Positions 1 through 13,459 of a stretch of DNA of 57,358 nucleotides are shown one piece after another (position 1 is the stretch's first letter; each line of letters begins with the position of its first letter). A program made the position numbers and the translations under genes. The stretch spans positions 1-57,358 of the forward strand of contig LWCA01000086.1 in assembly GCA_001642005.1 (NCBI GenBank), read 5' to 3'. Source of the DNA: Intoshia linei (Eukaryota > Animalia > Orthonectida). The notes beneath the pieces were generated by a model. That model saw only the letters and a list, made by a program, of their open reading frames with translations. It was not told the DNA's origin and searched no databases.

Positions 1-1330
1 AGTTTATTTTATATATTTAGTTATATTATTGTTTTTGAAAATAGCATAAAATTACGATCTATCATGAAAATATTGCGTAAGTTTGATTCCAAGTGTATAT
101 AAAAAGTATGCATTACACATTGCTGTCGTTATAAATTAATATTAATTTAAATATTTAAATTAGTTTTTATTAAGAAAAAAAGCATACACACAACTATATA
201 TTGGTATTTATCATATATATAATGAACAGAAAATACAATCAAATTAACAAAAATAAAATATATTGATTCTACAATGTAGTATATAAATTTACAAATTTCT
301 AATTTAAAAAGTATAAAAATTTTAATTATCAAAGTCAAAGTATATGATTAATAAATTTTACGCGATTCTTTAAATAAATCAATAAATTAAACGTTTCAAG
401 TTATATTCATATAATCATATTATTTTATATAATAGTTATATTATTATAATTATATATTAATTAGTTATATAGCAAGGATAAATTCTTTATTACTTGCTAA
501 AATTATATATTGAAATTAATACTCTTAACAATTAATGTAAATATTGTACACTATATTGTACAATGCATCACTGGAAATAACGAGCTGACTATGTTATTTA
601 AATGAAAATATGATTTGCAACATGAAAAAGTGGATTCTGTTTTATCTATTATAATGTGTAAATACCATCTAAGCGAAAAATGACGTTGGTTGAAATGTAT
701 CAAAAGAATGGTTGAATATTAAAATATTACAAACTAATATTATACAATTAAATTATTAATATGTTGTAATATACAAATAAAAGGTTTTAATTTTATTACT
801 GGCTATGTTTGATTATTTAAAATTTATATTAAAAAATTTATATATTTAATAATACCCACTTGAAAAAATTGACATTAAATTATTAATTTAATTTGTAAGG
901 TATAAATTATAACTTATAAATTATAACTTTATTATTCAATTTATTTAAAGTTATTCATTAAAATAATTTGACAAAATTAAAATTACTTTCTAAATTATAG
1001 ATTTTATGTTAACTTTTAAAATGTTTACATAAATGTATAAAAAGAATATATGTATTATATAACGTGCAACGTGGAATTTACGTTCTAAACAATATAATTA
1101 GCCTTTTTATCATTATAAAAAAGTTGAAATGTTTATGTTTACCGACTTTAAAATAATATACATTAAGATACTAATTTTTAATTATTTAAATCACTTGATA
1201 TATTATCATATAATGTAGTTTATATTACGTTCTGTACAAAATATGCTTATTAAAATAAATATGTAAATACCAGTATATATACAATTTTTATGAAAAGTAT
1301 ATTAATAATACATATAATTATCATGTACTA

Positions 1331-1579
1331 CAGGGATCAGCAACCAGTGACAAACTTTTAAACACGGTTTTAAACATTTTATACTATAATTGGCTCATTA
1401 TAATCATTTTAATACTGAATTTTCATATCGCCCTAGATTATATTTTGTTGAATATATTAGAACCGTTTCTCTTTAGTTAAAATTAAAACGTATCATGTGT
1501 AAATTTTCAAAAACTGACCCCGTATAATTTTTTGGTATAAAAAAGTGGCCCACGAGATGCAAAAGGTGGCCGACACTTG
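1331..1579. mobile_element. hAT-type MITE
   Basis: Imperfect termini CAGGGATCAGCAACC ... GGTGGCCGACACTTG, flanked by an 8-bp near-direct repeat ATGTACTA/ATGTACCA. Confidence 0.6.
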
Positions 1580-2064
1580 ATGTACCACATTGTAAGAAAT
1601 AAAATTGTACATTAGACATTGCAATTATACATTTTTAAAAATATAAGTTTTTATTAATAACACATAATAGAAAAATATTTTAATATAATAATAATAATAC
1701 GAGCTACATTATAATTAATTAATAATGGTTTATTAAAATATTTAAAATTTTAAAAAGTATTTCTTACATTCTGCAAATTCATAATTAATTATTTAATATT
1801 ATTTATTATCATTTTATTAAATTAATAAATGTTAAAAATGTACAATTAACATAATTATATTGTATTTTTATATATTGTTATCTTAAATAAATTTACTAGC
1901 TAAATAATATATCCATTAAATTTGTGAATAATTATAATTTATCTACCATGGGTATTATAAATACAATTTTGTGTAAACAAACCTGCTAATATTTTAATAA
2001 TTAATATTAAATATTCTAATTATAATTATAATTAATAAATATTGATGTTTATAATGTTATTTAA

Positions 2065-2295
2065 CAGAACTAAACCTACCAAGCTCGAGGTCACCAGAAA
2101 TTAAAAAATTGCCACCTAAAAATTTTTTTCGGAAACCATGTTTAGTGTAATATTTTTAATTTAACACACAAAATACTTGCGATATTCAAGAATATAATTT
2201 TTTAATGCTCAATTTGAAAAAATGAGGTCCATATTTTATAGAAATTTCTTCGAGGCCTCCCGATTAGGGTTCTCGAGTAGGTATGTTTGCCTCTG
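2065..2295. mobile_element. hAT-type MITE
   Basis: Termini CAGAACTAAACCTAC ... GTAGGTATGTTTGCCTCTG with exact 8-bp TSD TTATTTAA. Internal sequence recurs near 36100-36300. Confidence 0.65.
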
Positions 2296-2887
2296 TTATT
2301 TAATGTTTTTATATTGTGAATTTTCGAAATTTCATTTTTAAAATTAAATTACAATCTATCAAATATGTATTAATTAATAATTAATTAATAATGCATTAAT
2401 CCAAATGGTGTATAAAATCAATATTTTTATTAACGACTTACATTCTAATTAAGGAGAAAGATAATAATATACATGTGTATTTATAATAATTAGAATATTA
2501 CATTAAAATAAATAATGACAAAATTTTTACTTGGGTACCTCCTATATCCAAAGAGAAAGGACAAGTATGTTTATACTAGGGATTGTAATTAATTGATAAA
2601 AATAATACAATGTGTATGTGTTAGTTGTATACAACAAAAACAATTAGTAATAAATTTCAGGTGGTGGGTGTTTTGAAGATTGAAAAATTTACAAAAAAAA
2701 TAGAAATGTTACATAACTGCCCTTTAATTTAAATACGCTTGGTAACCTATCTGTAGTCTGTTCGTCGTTTTGTTATGAAAGAAACATTTTTTAATTACCG
2801 ACTAAATTAAATTTATTATAACAATAATGTTTAATAGTTGATTTACTTGTACAATGTACATTATACATGTACTTAAAGTATTATATA

Positions 2888-3222
2888 TGTTACAGGCAAT
2901 TTTTAATTTTTGACAAGCAACGTAATAATACGTAATAATAATTATTATTGATTAATTATAATTCACGTTGCTATTTAACCTAATTAAATTTGATTTGAAA
3001 TTTAAAATTTGAACTGAATTTAAAATAGTTTGTAGGTAAATAATTAATCTTAATATTTCAGTTTTAACTGGGGTCTGTATCTAAATAAATAAGCTTTAAA
3101 ATCAATTAAATTAAATGATTCTCAACTTAAATTCTTAAATTAACTATAAAAATACAAACATTCAAAAATTAACAAAAAATCAAAAATTGAAAATTGCCTG
3201 GATTTCAATTTTGCCTGTAACA
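2888..3222. mobile_element. MITE with TIR TGTTACAGGCAA, superfamily unclear
   Basis: 12-bp perfect terminal inverted repeat TGTTACAGGCAA / TTGCCTGTAACA in a TA-rich context. Confidence 0.5.
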
Positions 3223-4399
3223 TATACATGTATAATTGTGTATGTAAACTATTATTATGATGTATAATAAAATACCGACTACAAATATTTACTTTATATT
3301 CTACAATGTAAAATGTATAACAAATTGTATAGCAACATATTGTCTCTTTGCTTATCCTAATCTCAAAATGCTGGGATTAAGAAAAATTAATTTTCATAAT
3401 TTTTAAAAATATTTAACTGTATTAAAAAATTTATAAAGTCAGACCTGTCATTAGTGAACATTATTAAAATAATCATAAAAATTGTAGAAATGAAACATAA
3501 TATTTTTCTTAGTCAGCATATTTGTATTTTATGACTATATTTTCACAATATTTAAACTTCATTAGAGTTGTATTTACAGTATATATTTATGTTAATTATT
3601 ACATTTATAAATATATGTTCATTAATGAATAGTATACAAACACTTGATGTTTTTTTAATAAACGTAAAGTAACGAAACGTATTAAAAATTTATGTGGAAA
3701 TTATGTAAGTCTAAACAACTTAAAGTACATTTGATTTTATGAATTAATGATATAAAGTACTTGCTGTTGATAAAAAAATAGAATTAAACTTTTTATATTG
3801 TGTAAAATCTCAATAAAATGAATAATACTTACTTTCTGTGAATTTCATATAATAATATTACATGAAATTTATGGTATTCTGTTTTTGTATTCGTTAAAGT
3901 TATTTTTAAAATTATATTTACTTGCTATAAAAGTTCGTAAAATAGCAATCAATAAATTAGTTTTCAGTTATTTTATTGTATTAAGTCATTTCATAAGTTT
4001 ATGTAATGTCGTTTTTTAATAAATTTAAAAGTTTTAATTAGGTACATTAAAAATAATAATAATTAAAAAAATATTCAAAATTTTTTCACATAACTCTTAC
4101 CCAGGTCATTATGCGACCCGCGGGCCATTTATGGCAATCAATTGTGGAATGTGCGGAGTGACCGTGTTATAATGTAAATTTTTTACACATATTTCTTTTT
4201 TTACAGTTTTTTATTATATTTTTCATGATTTATTTATTCATAATTACAATTTTATTATATTACATTTATTCAATTAGTATTGTTTCTTATTATATTTTAT
4301 TAATTAAAATTGTTAGTTTTAACGTAATTTTTCAAGTAAAGATTTTTTTTGCGGCTTGCGTAATAATTTTTTTTTACATTTGCCCGCCATGAAAATTAA

Positions 4400-4700
4400 T
4401 TCTTACCTAACGTTTTGTTAATTAATTTATTCCATAAGCGTAAAAACTGTGTCTTTATTAAACAAAAAATTTTTGATTTCCAATTTAAAGTAATTATAAT
4501 AATTATTATTTGAGATGTATTTTTTGCCGTAGTAACGGTTTCTTGTGGATTTGAATAGGTGTAGTCTGATGGAGACAAGTCTAGGTGAGTATGGATGATG
4601 TGGTTATATTTCATAATTGAAGCGTTTTAGAAACTTGGGGTCGAACAATATGTAGTGATTTATAAGTTTTAATAATATAATAAGTGTTTTATAAGTTGCT
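4400..4700 (-). pseudogene. Decayed mariner transposase C-terminal fragment
   Basis: Minus strand 4603-4554 reads PHHPYSP / DLSPSDY / HLF across frameshifts, matching the mariner PHPPYSPDLAPSDYHLF motif. Boundaries approximate. Confidence 0.7.
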
Positions 4701-5545
4701 GCAAAAAAGGCATTTTTTATGGAATAACCTAATACTTAGGTTCATTGACACCAAAATTTCACAATTAACAAAATAAAAAGCTACTTTTTAAAAAAGTTAT
4801 AAAATTTGTTAAATTTAGAGAATACTAAAGATTGTATAATATTGTAGAAATATAATGGATGGTCTTTAAATAGAAAGCCAAACTCAAAATTCAATTTTAC
4901 ATAATATTGCATATATAATAGTATTAATTGATCTATACCTCCTACGTTATATATTGATTAATAGATTAATTTAATATTTCTTCTCATGTCTGATCGACAT
5001 TGTAGATCAAACTGATAAATTTTAAAAATAAAATATTTGTATAATAAAATGTAATAATAGGAAATTTTTTCTTTTAACTGCCCACCAGAAAGGCTACCTT
5101 TATTTAATCATGAGTTTTCAATTAAACAATTGCAATGAGTTTTCATTATTATTGATATTTATATATTCAAAATATTAAAATTAAAAATGACACTGTAATT
5201 AGTAATTACTATCTATTATAACATATTTATTAAAATTAAGTGTAGCATTATTATTAACAATATTATTATATATGTATTAATAGTAAATACAATTGGTTTT
5301 ATTATCAAATGTAATATAAAAAATCGAATTTAGCAAAAAATCAAAACCAAGTTAATTCCTCGTAATTTTTAATTTCTTTGCTCTTCAACATTTACAACGT
5401 TGACAATAATATATATCAATAATTATAATTATAATAAATATATAGTTATTTTATAATATAGCACTATTATATATATTTACTTGCTTTAAAAAATACATTA
5501 CAAGTAATAATAATTATAGGCAAATTACATGGGAAGGCTCTAGAG

Positions 5546-5824
5546 CAGTGGTTCTCAATGGTGAGCCAAGTGGCTCACAGGGGAGGACATTGGTAAAAAG
5601 GAGCCAATTTGGGGGGAAAAAAATTATTTTAATTTTATTTTGTAGTGTGATGTCTAATTCATAAACATGTAAAAAGTAAAATATTTAACATTAAAATAGG
5701 ATTAGTGACTGGAATATGAATAATTTACAGATATGCACAAAATTACATAAAGTATAAATTAAAATTTGGTCATGAATGAAGTAGTAATTGGTGGAAGAAT
5801 TATACAAAAGGCTGAGAACCACTG
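5546..5824. mobile_element. hAT-Charlie-like MITE
   Basis: TIR CAGTGGTTCTCA / TGAGAACCACTG. TSD CTCTAGAG/CTCCAGAG fits the NTCTAGAN target preference of Charlie elements. Confidence 0.8.
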
Positions 5825-7099
5825 CTCCAGAGGGCGATATAAAACGACCCTACTACCATGGAGGTAGTCTATTTATTAAATTTAATATCCAATAAATATA
5901 CCAACTAAATACATTTTAGTAAATTGGTACTTAACCTTTTTTGTGTGTACATTTAGTATATAAAAATATATGTTGGTGAATTTTACTTTCTAGACAAGAA
6001 TTTAAATTTTATATATATTTTATATAAATTTTGTCCATTTAATCAATTTTTGATATTACGTGTATTCTGATTTTGCTTATTAGTTTGACAATATACTGTA
6101 AACCGGGGTATTACGCTTTTTCTAGCAGTGTATATTATAATAAATCTAGTAAAATATGTTCAAAAATTTTATAAAACAAAACACGAGTATTCATATACTA
6201 TAATATATGTAAATATTAATTAATATTATCTATTAATAGTAAATATTAATTCCATTAATAATTATCAATGGAATGGAAATATAAATTTTGACAACATAAA
6301 AAAATTTTATTTTTAATAGGCCACGAATAATATAAAATAGATGACATACACGGACTAAAAAATGTTAAAAACCACTGATATATAAAATAATCAATGTTTA
6401 ATATCTATTGGTTAAATTGTAAAAAATTTTCACGACCAGGAATTGGGAAACGCAACTGCAAACAATTAATATTTCTGTCTGCGTTATTTCGGGAAAGATA
6501 CTTTTAAATATTGTAATATTGAATATTTTCTAATTTACAAAAATAAACATGTACAATGTATAATGACGAAAGTGCAGATAAATCATTATATTTACTTTCT
6601 AAATTAAACACGATTAATATTTGATATTCTTGAAATATTTTTTTGAACATTATACATTGTACATATTATATTTGTACATCATGTATTATTCTATATTAAA
6701 TAATAATTATAATAATTACTTCCTACATTTTATTAATAACCATGCAATTTACAAAATAAATTAGTCTTCTGTGTCAGAATTTTTCAACTTTTTCGAAACC
6801 ACGTTCCCGCTAAGTACCACAAATTTTATTGAGTCTCATAAAACTTTGAATAAGTCAAGCAATGCACGCTGAAAAACAATATGAATGCAATGTCTCCCCA
6901 AATATAAATTGTTGCTATGCATCTTGATTTCATCACTGAGAAGCGATAATATACATTATAGTTACATTGTCCTAGTTGAAAAATTCTAATATATAAATCG
7001 ACATTTTCATACCAGCTAAATGAATGTTTTATATCAATTATTACTAATTCACATATAACAAATACAATTATGTATGTATAATATACATTGTATATAGAT

Positions 7100-7425
7100 C
7101 AGGGGTGTCAGACTCAATTTGCTTGGAGAGCCAAATGTGAAAAAAAATTATTACGCGGGCCGCACAAAAAAAATTTTTACTCAAAAAATTATTTTAAAAC
7201 TAACAAATTTAAATTATTTTTAATAATTTTAATTCATAAAATGAAATATGAATCAATAAAAATACGGTAAGTGTACAAATAATGTTAAAATTGTAATAAT
7301 GATTAAGTAAATCATGCAAAATATATGAAAAAACTGTAAAATAAGGAATATGTGTAAAAAATTGTTATAAAAAATAAAAATTTATATTATAATGCGGGCC
7401 GCACATTCCATAATGGGGGCCGCAT
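7100..7425. mobile_element. Truncated hAT MITE
   Basis: Left terminus CAGGGGTGTCAGACTC and repeated GCGGGCCGCA subterminal motifs. Right terminus not identified, so the end is approximate. Confidence 0.5.
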
Positions 7426-9570
7426 AATTAATATATTCATCTATGTCAAATAGAATATTAAAATACTATTAATACATACAATAATACAAAGTATATATAC
7501 ATGTATATTATGATTATAATAAATGGAATCTAATTTTATGTAACTAATGGTGTACCAGCTAAATTGAATATTGTTAATAAGTAAAAATTGTATGATTATA
7601 AATTAAAAATTTAACAAGAAATAATATCATAAATTTAAACAATATTTACCGGCTTATTATATAATTGTAAAACATTATCAATGTACACAACGCAAATTAT
7701 ATATTTAAATTTTTCTTATTTTTTTTAAATGTAAGACTGTGGAATCCATATCAATTAATTGTCATTAATGTTATTAAAAATAAAATTTTTTTATTTAAAC
7801 ATAAATACATATTATTGTCATTATTACTTCCTATTTAATTAAGAAAATCATTTACTGTGAAAATATAAAATTGTATTATTAAATTAAAAAAATAAATTAT
7901 AGTTTACCAACTATGTAGAATATATTAATGAATATCATACAAGTGTTTCAATAAAATTGAACTCAGCAATTTACTATACATATATTTGTATATATAGTCA
8001 TTTTGTATTTTTAAGTAATATTCACGAGCTAAAAATTTTTTATAATTTAAAGGTAATTTTTTTTATGAGTATATTCTTACTAGCTAAAAAAATTTAAATT
8101 ATAAATATACCTTGATTTTTTATATATTAATTTGTATTTTTATTGTGAATCCTTACAAACTAAAATGATAAAAAAAATTATTGTATTATATTAAATTAAT
8201 ATTATATAAAAATATATATTTTTCAATATTTTCATGTGTCACATTACCATATTGTATGTAGTATGATGATTTAATAATTTACGCCCTACGGATTTTTATA
8301 TTTTAATTGTAATTCTATGTCACTCATAAATAATATAAATATAAATAACGCATATATTATAATATGTAATATAAATACAATGATGATGTATTTATTATTG
8401 ACAGGTTTGATTGTACATAATATACAGTTTAGATTGTATATATTTTATCTATAATTAGATTATACAATGTAATCTGTCTATTCTGTTATTTTCTTTAATA
8501 ATATTGATATTGATAAATTATCAAAAATTAATAGGCAATATAAAACAATTGATCGATACAAATTATTTTTAATCTCTTAATATCCGTACTATTTAAATTT
8601 GTTAAAAAAATTATCATATGGAATTTTTGTGTAAATCATTCCCTAAATTACTCTTATCACCAAAAATTATGTTTTCAATATTGTTTCTATAATTTTCTAT
8701 GATTTATTAATCTTTTCAAATACTCAATATTAACACATTAGAGAGAACATACATATAATTGGTATTTATAATTTATAATTTACACCCTTTAAAATTTGAT
8801 TATGAATTAAACAGAGAATACAAACAATATAATGTACTCAATTATATTTTTTATTATACATAATATATTAATTGTATATTAATATGAAAATTACAGACTA
8901 ATTAATATTTAATAATTAAAATAATGATTATATTCACATAAAAATAATTTAAATTATAGATTATAATCTATAATTTTTACTTCCTATGAATATTTAATTA
9001 TTAAATTTTAATAATACTTTATTATATACTGTATATGTATATTGTAAATAAATTAAATGTTCGCTTATATGTAAATTTAATCACCATCTAATATTAAAAT
9101 TTACATTTATTATATATTTAAGTATATTGTGAAACATATTTTTATATTAGATAATTATAATGTTTTATTGTATGTTTGGACTTGTCATTTTTGTACACAT
9201 TTTTGAATACAATTTAAATAATGTAAATAGCCAGAATTCGAGAAATTAAATCATTAATAAAATCCCACAAAATTGAGCTAGAAACAAATTTAAAAAAATA
9301 AATAGTATACCTAAACATGAAGAACAATATTATATAGTCGGTACCACGTTTAAAAGCTCAAACACCTATTTCCGTTAAAATATAGTTCAGTTTTAATTTC
9401 TCTATAATATTTTTAAAGTTATATTTAAAATGACAAACGCAACTTGAATAGATAGCGTTAAATGTTTTTGATTGCGAATTAGTTTTTTTATTTTAAAAAT
9501 ACACACTTTTAGTGCTAATTGCCCATCAAATTTTAAAATTTTTTAAAAAATGTGACACCCTAGTATACAT

Positions 9571-10704
9571 TAGGGTGTTAACTTTTTGATCAAATTGTAG
9601 AAATTAAAAAAATACAGGGCCGTACGGTATAAAAAAAGCAATAAAAATAACATTTGCGGTGTTTATTTTAATATTATTACAAAAACATAGGCCTGCTCTG
9701 CAATTTAAAAATACCCATAATATTTTGAACTGAAATTTATTATTATTATTATATTATTTTTTATGATTATTATTAATTTCAAGTCGATTAACGGTGTCAT
9801 TATCTAATTCACCGTCAATGCATGTAACCGATCTAATTTTTGTAGGCATTTGAATGTATTTATGGTACTGTCGTTACTTTACTCCGTAAAAAATCTGAGA
9901 AATAGTATAAATGAATTTTTTTAATAGAAGTGGAAAGGTTGCTCTTTAGGAGAGAATTCTACGGTAGTACACCTAACAGTAAAAAAATATACATATGATG
10001 CCACAAACTTTTTTAAATGTATCATTATGATACAACTTACAACCATACAACTTGTATGGGTCCAACAGTTACGAATTTGACTTCCTTAAAATTTTATTAA
10101 CCTTATGCCCGGTATTGTATAATTTCTGTGAGATTTTATATACGAATTACAGTTTTGTCAAAAATGTTGCTTTCCAAAGATATCTACATGATGCTAACCT
10201 ATACTTCTGTCAAGTTTTATGTACACATTTATTGAGGGTTCTTTTTATTTTACAGATAGAATATGGACATGAAACATTACAATCAGATTAAAATCAAAAT
10301 AATTATTATTTTTTCATTGAGTTGAATTTCATTAAGTGATTTATGTTAATTATATTACGTTTATATTATTTTGACACAAAAAAAATTTTAGCAATTACTG
10401 ATGAAATTTTGAATATAAAATAGAGAGAAAAAAATATTTTCTTATTATTAATTAGACCCATTTTAATTTTTTTCGCAAACAGGTAAGATTGTTGTCAATA
10501 GAAATGACGATTTTAATAAATAATATAAAAATAATGGCAAGTTTACACACAATGTTATAAATCTTATTTATGAAAACTATTTCCTTTGAGCAGGCCGATG
10601 TTTTTCAAAATTTAGGTTTAACGAATGGTACCACCGTTCTTAGAATTTTTTTCTTATTTTGTACAATCTTTTATTTTTGTTCTTAGAAAAAAGTTAACAC
10701 CCTA
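9571..10704. mobile_element. Non-autonomous hAT element (TAGGG termini)
   Basis: 17-bp TIR TAGGGTGTTAACTTTTT / AAAAAGTTAACACCCTA with exact 8-bp TSD GTATACAT (9563-9570 and 10705-10712). Confidence 0.85.
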
Positions 10705-11383
10705 GTATACATACATACATGTATATACTTTATATACCCTTCGTTAACTATAACACTATTATTCTAATAATTTATAATTTAAATTTTATATTTTCAAAGT
10801 TACAATATTCGAAAATTCACATCATTCAATTTTTGTTAAAAGAAATTCAGTAAAGATACGTTCGAATATGGTCAATGACCGTTGGTGACTTAGTCTTATG
10901 TTTAAAAGCCTTGGATATAACAATTTTATCATTTATTTATTTTATATAATATATATTTACCCTTAAGTTTTGCTCCTAATTAAAATTAGATATGTTTCAT
11001 TTATTATACCTTCAATGCTACACATTGACAAAGTCATTACTAAAAAAGATATGTTAATCATCATTTTGTATAAATTTGCGAAAAGATGTTAGAATTATTA
11101 AAATGAGTCAATATTTATGTTTATATAACTTTATTGGAAAGATTATAACATCATTTTTATATTTTATTTTTTTTTACATTTATCTACAATCATAGGTCAA
11201 ATCAATAAAAAGAATACTAGTAGTTATGTATAACGATAACTTTTTATTAATAAAATTTAATAAACACAGTTGGTGGTGGTTTACATTAATTGAGATCTAA
11301 TTAATTATTCTAACAACTCTGTATAGAAATGCAACCTGATCATAACTTTTTTTTATTTTATTTAGCTGTTCGTCGGTCTAAAT

Positions 11384-11941
11384 CAGGGGTTCCAAAACTC
11401 ATTTTGTCTACCGCCCCTTTTTTAGCAATATATTTTTTCAACGCCCTCTAAAAAAATTTTTGACTACGTCGTATATATATTTAAAAATTTATTCAATAAA
11501 TAATCAATTTTTTTTTGATTCAACTCATTATGTACGAAGTCGATATTTAATATAATTAAAAAATTCAAAATTATATTATATGTTAATTACAAAGTAATAT
11601 ATTTATTACTCTGACTGCTTATATCAGTGGGTCCTAAACGTGCTATAAAAATATGCCCTTATAACCAAAAAATACATCAACGCTCCACTCTATCCGTCTA
11701 AAATCGTTTTTCCAATACAGAGTCATTAATAATTAAAATTTTATGATAAAACAATCAATCAAAACAATAAACATTGACAATAAGGTATATTTTAAATTTG
11801 GTACCGTATCAATTTTACTATACTAAAATATATTTAAAAAAAATTCTATTTAATTTTTTATAATTTTTTTAATTCTCCCTCCAATCGTTCCCAGCTGTAA
11901 ATCTCCCATAACTGAATTAATCGCCACTTTGGAAATCCCTG
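11384..11941. mobile_element. hAT MITE
   Basis: TIR CAGGGGTTCCAAAACT / ACTTTGGAAATCCCTG with exact TSD GTCTAAAT. A truncated sibling starts near 50497. Confidence 0.85.
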
Positions 11942-12482
11942 GTCTAAATGCTATTGAAGAGCTGTGGAATGCGTTGAAGTTTTCCATAAAACGAGAATTA
12001 ACTGAACGGTTACATGAAATTGTAGCACCACAGAGAATCAGATTACTATTAGAGAAACGAGACTGCTACGCCTATAAACTATTATTGACATATCCATCCC
12101 ATCTATAACTCCATTCAAATGCATAAAATCTAGCAACTATGTATAATTGACAAAAGCATTATTCGGAATGTCTGGCTCTACACGGTTTATGTATGGGTGA
12201 TACCACTAATCAAAATTTTATTTAATTTTATAAATAAATTTTCAATTCTATTCATTTCAATTAAAATGTGTATACATGTCTCGATACAGGAGTAACGCTA
12301 TTTAAAGTTCAAAATATCGACCGTTAATCGAATAAATTTAATATTTTAAATGAAATTCACTTTTTTCGATTAGAAAATCATCTTTTTTAAATAGAATCTC
12401 AACTTTTTCAAATCAGTTTTATTTCTTTTAATTTAAAGTTTTCTTATTTTAATCTAAGACTAAAAAGCAGTACTGTATAGCC

Positions 12483-13031
12483 CAGTGGTTTTCAACCCGT
12501 GTTCCGCGAAATTTAATTGGGGTTCCGTGAAATATAAATGCGATATTTTTCAATTTAAAGTTTTTCTAAATTACTGTTGTATGCAATGAAACAACATCAT
12601 TTCCAAATTTAAATCAAATAAGTTTTAATAAAAGTATTATACGTTGTAAGTATGGAAACCTGTAAAATGATGTTAAAAATTGTGTCAATGGGGATTTTCT
12701 GCATTGACAGCAATTAAGCATAAGAAACGAGCAAAGCTGCTGTCAGTAGAAGAACTTCGTTTATGTCTTTCAAAATCACGTCCAAGAATGAAAATAATAA
12801 TAAAAACCTCTGTAAAAAATATTTGGCCCAAATTTCTCATTGAGAAAAAAAAATAAATTTCTTTATTAAAAAATTTATGTTTTCAATATTAAAAACATAA
12901 TTTTTCAATTAAAAATCAAATTGTTTTATATATGCGACATGCGAAAAAAATTTTTGATCATGCTTCTAGGTGGCGCGATTTTTTGAAATTTCATAATGAT
13001 TCCGCGCAGTAAAAAAGGTTGAGAAACACTG
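12483..13031 (+). mobile_element. hAT-Charlie/Buster deletion derivative with transposase C-terminal remnant
   Basis: TIR CAGTGGTTTTCAACC / GGTTGAGAAACACTG, TSD GTATAGCC/GTATAGAC. Internal GFSALTAIKHKKRAKLLSVEELRLCLSKSRPR resembles the hAT dimerisation-domain tail. Inverted sibling at 43675-44357. Confidence 0.85.
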
Positions 13032-13459
13032 GTATAGACCCATCAACAACAGAAATACATTTTTATAGACAAGCAAAAAATGTTTACTCAAACAATTATT
13101 AACAAAACAAGTATACAATTTTAATAAATTAATAATAATTTTAATTGCTAAAATGAAATAAGACATAATAATAACGGAATAATTTTATTAACTAACGGTG
13201 AAATTGTACTAATGAATAAAGATATCATGAAAAATATATCAAAAAAAATATATTATTAATTAACATATTTAATTACAGATAAACTGTATAAATATAAACA
13301 TGTATATGTAAAAAATTTTAGTAAAATAAAAATTTGAAATGGGACGGCATAATTGACACTCGTAGTTTATAATGACGTCTTTTCGTTTAGAGGTCATATT
13401 ATATTATTTCATCAATTAAATTAAATTTTTGTTAAAATTTTATTTATTACAATATGATA

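Noticed and set aside
147-338. 63-aa I/F/Y-rich ORF, and similar ORFs at 10052, 16343, 22116, 22782, 27293, 34396 and 47969
   Set aside because: Composition mirrors AT-rich non-coding DNA, most lie in repeats or introns, and no motifs are recognisable.
6770-6990. Higher-complexity patch that looked exon-like
   Set aside because: The minus-strand frames I translated are interrupted by stops and no family motif was recognised; probably a decayed transposon.
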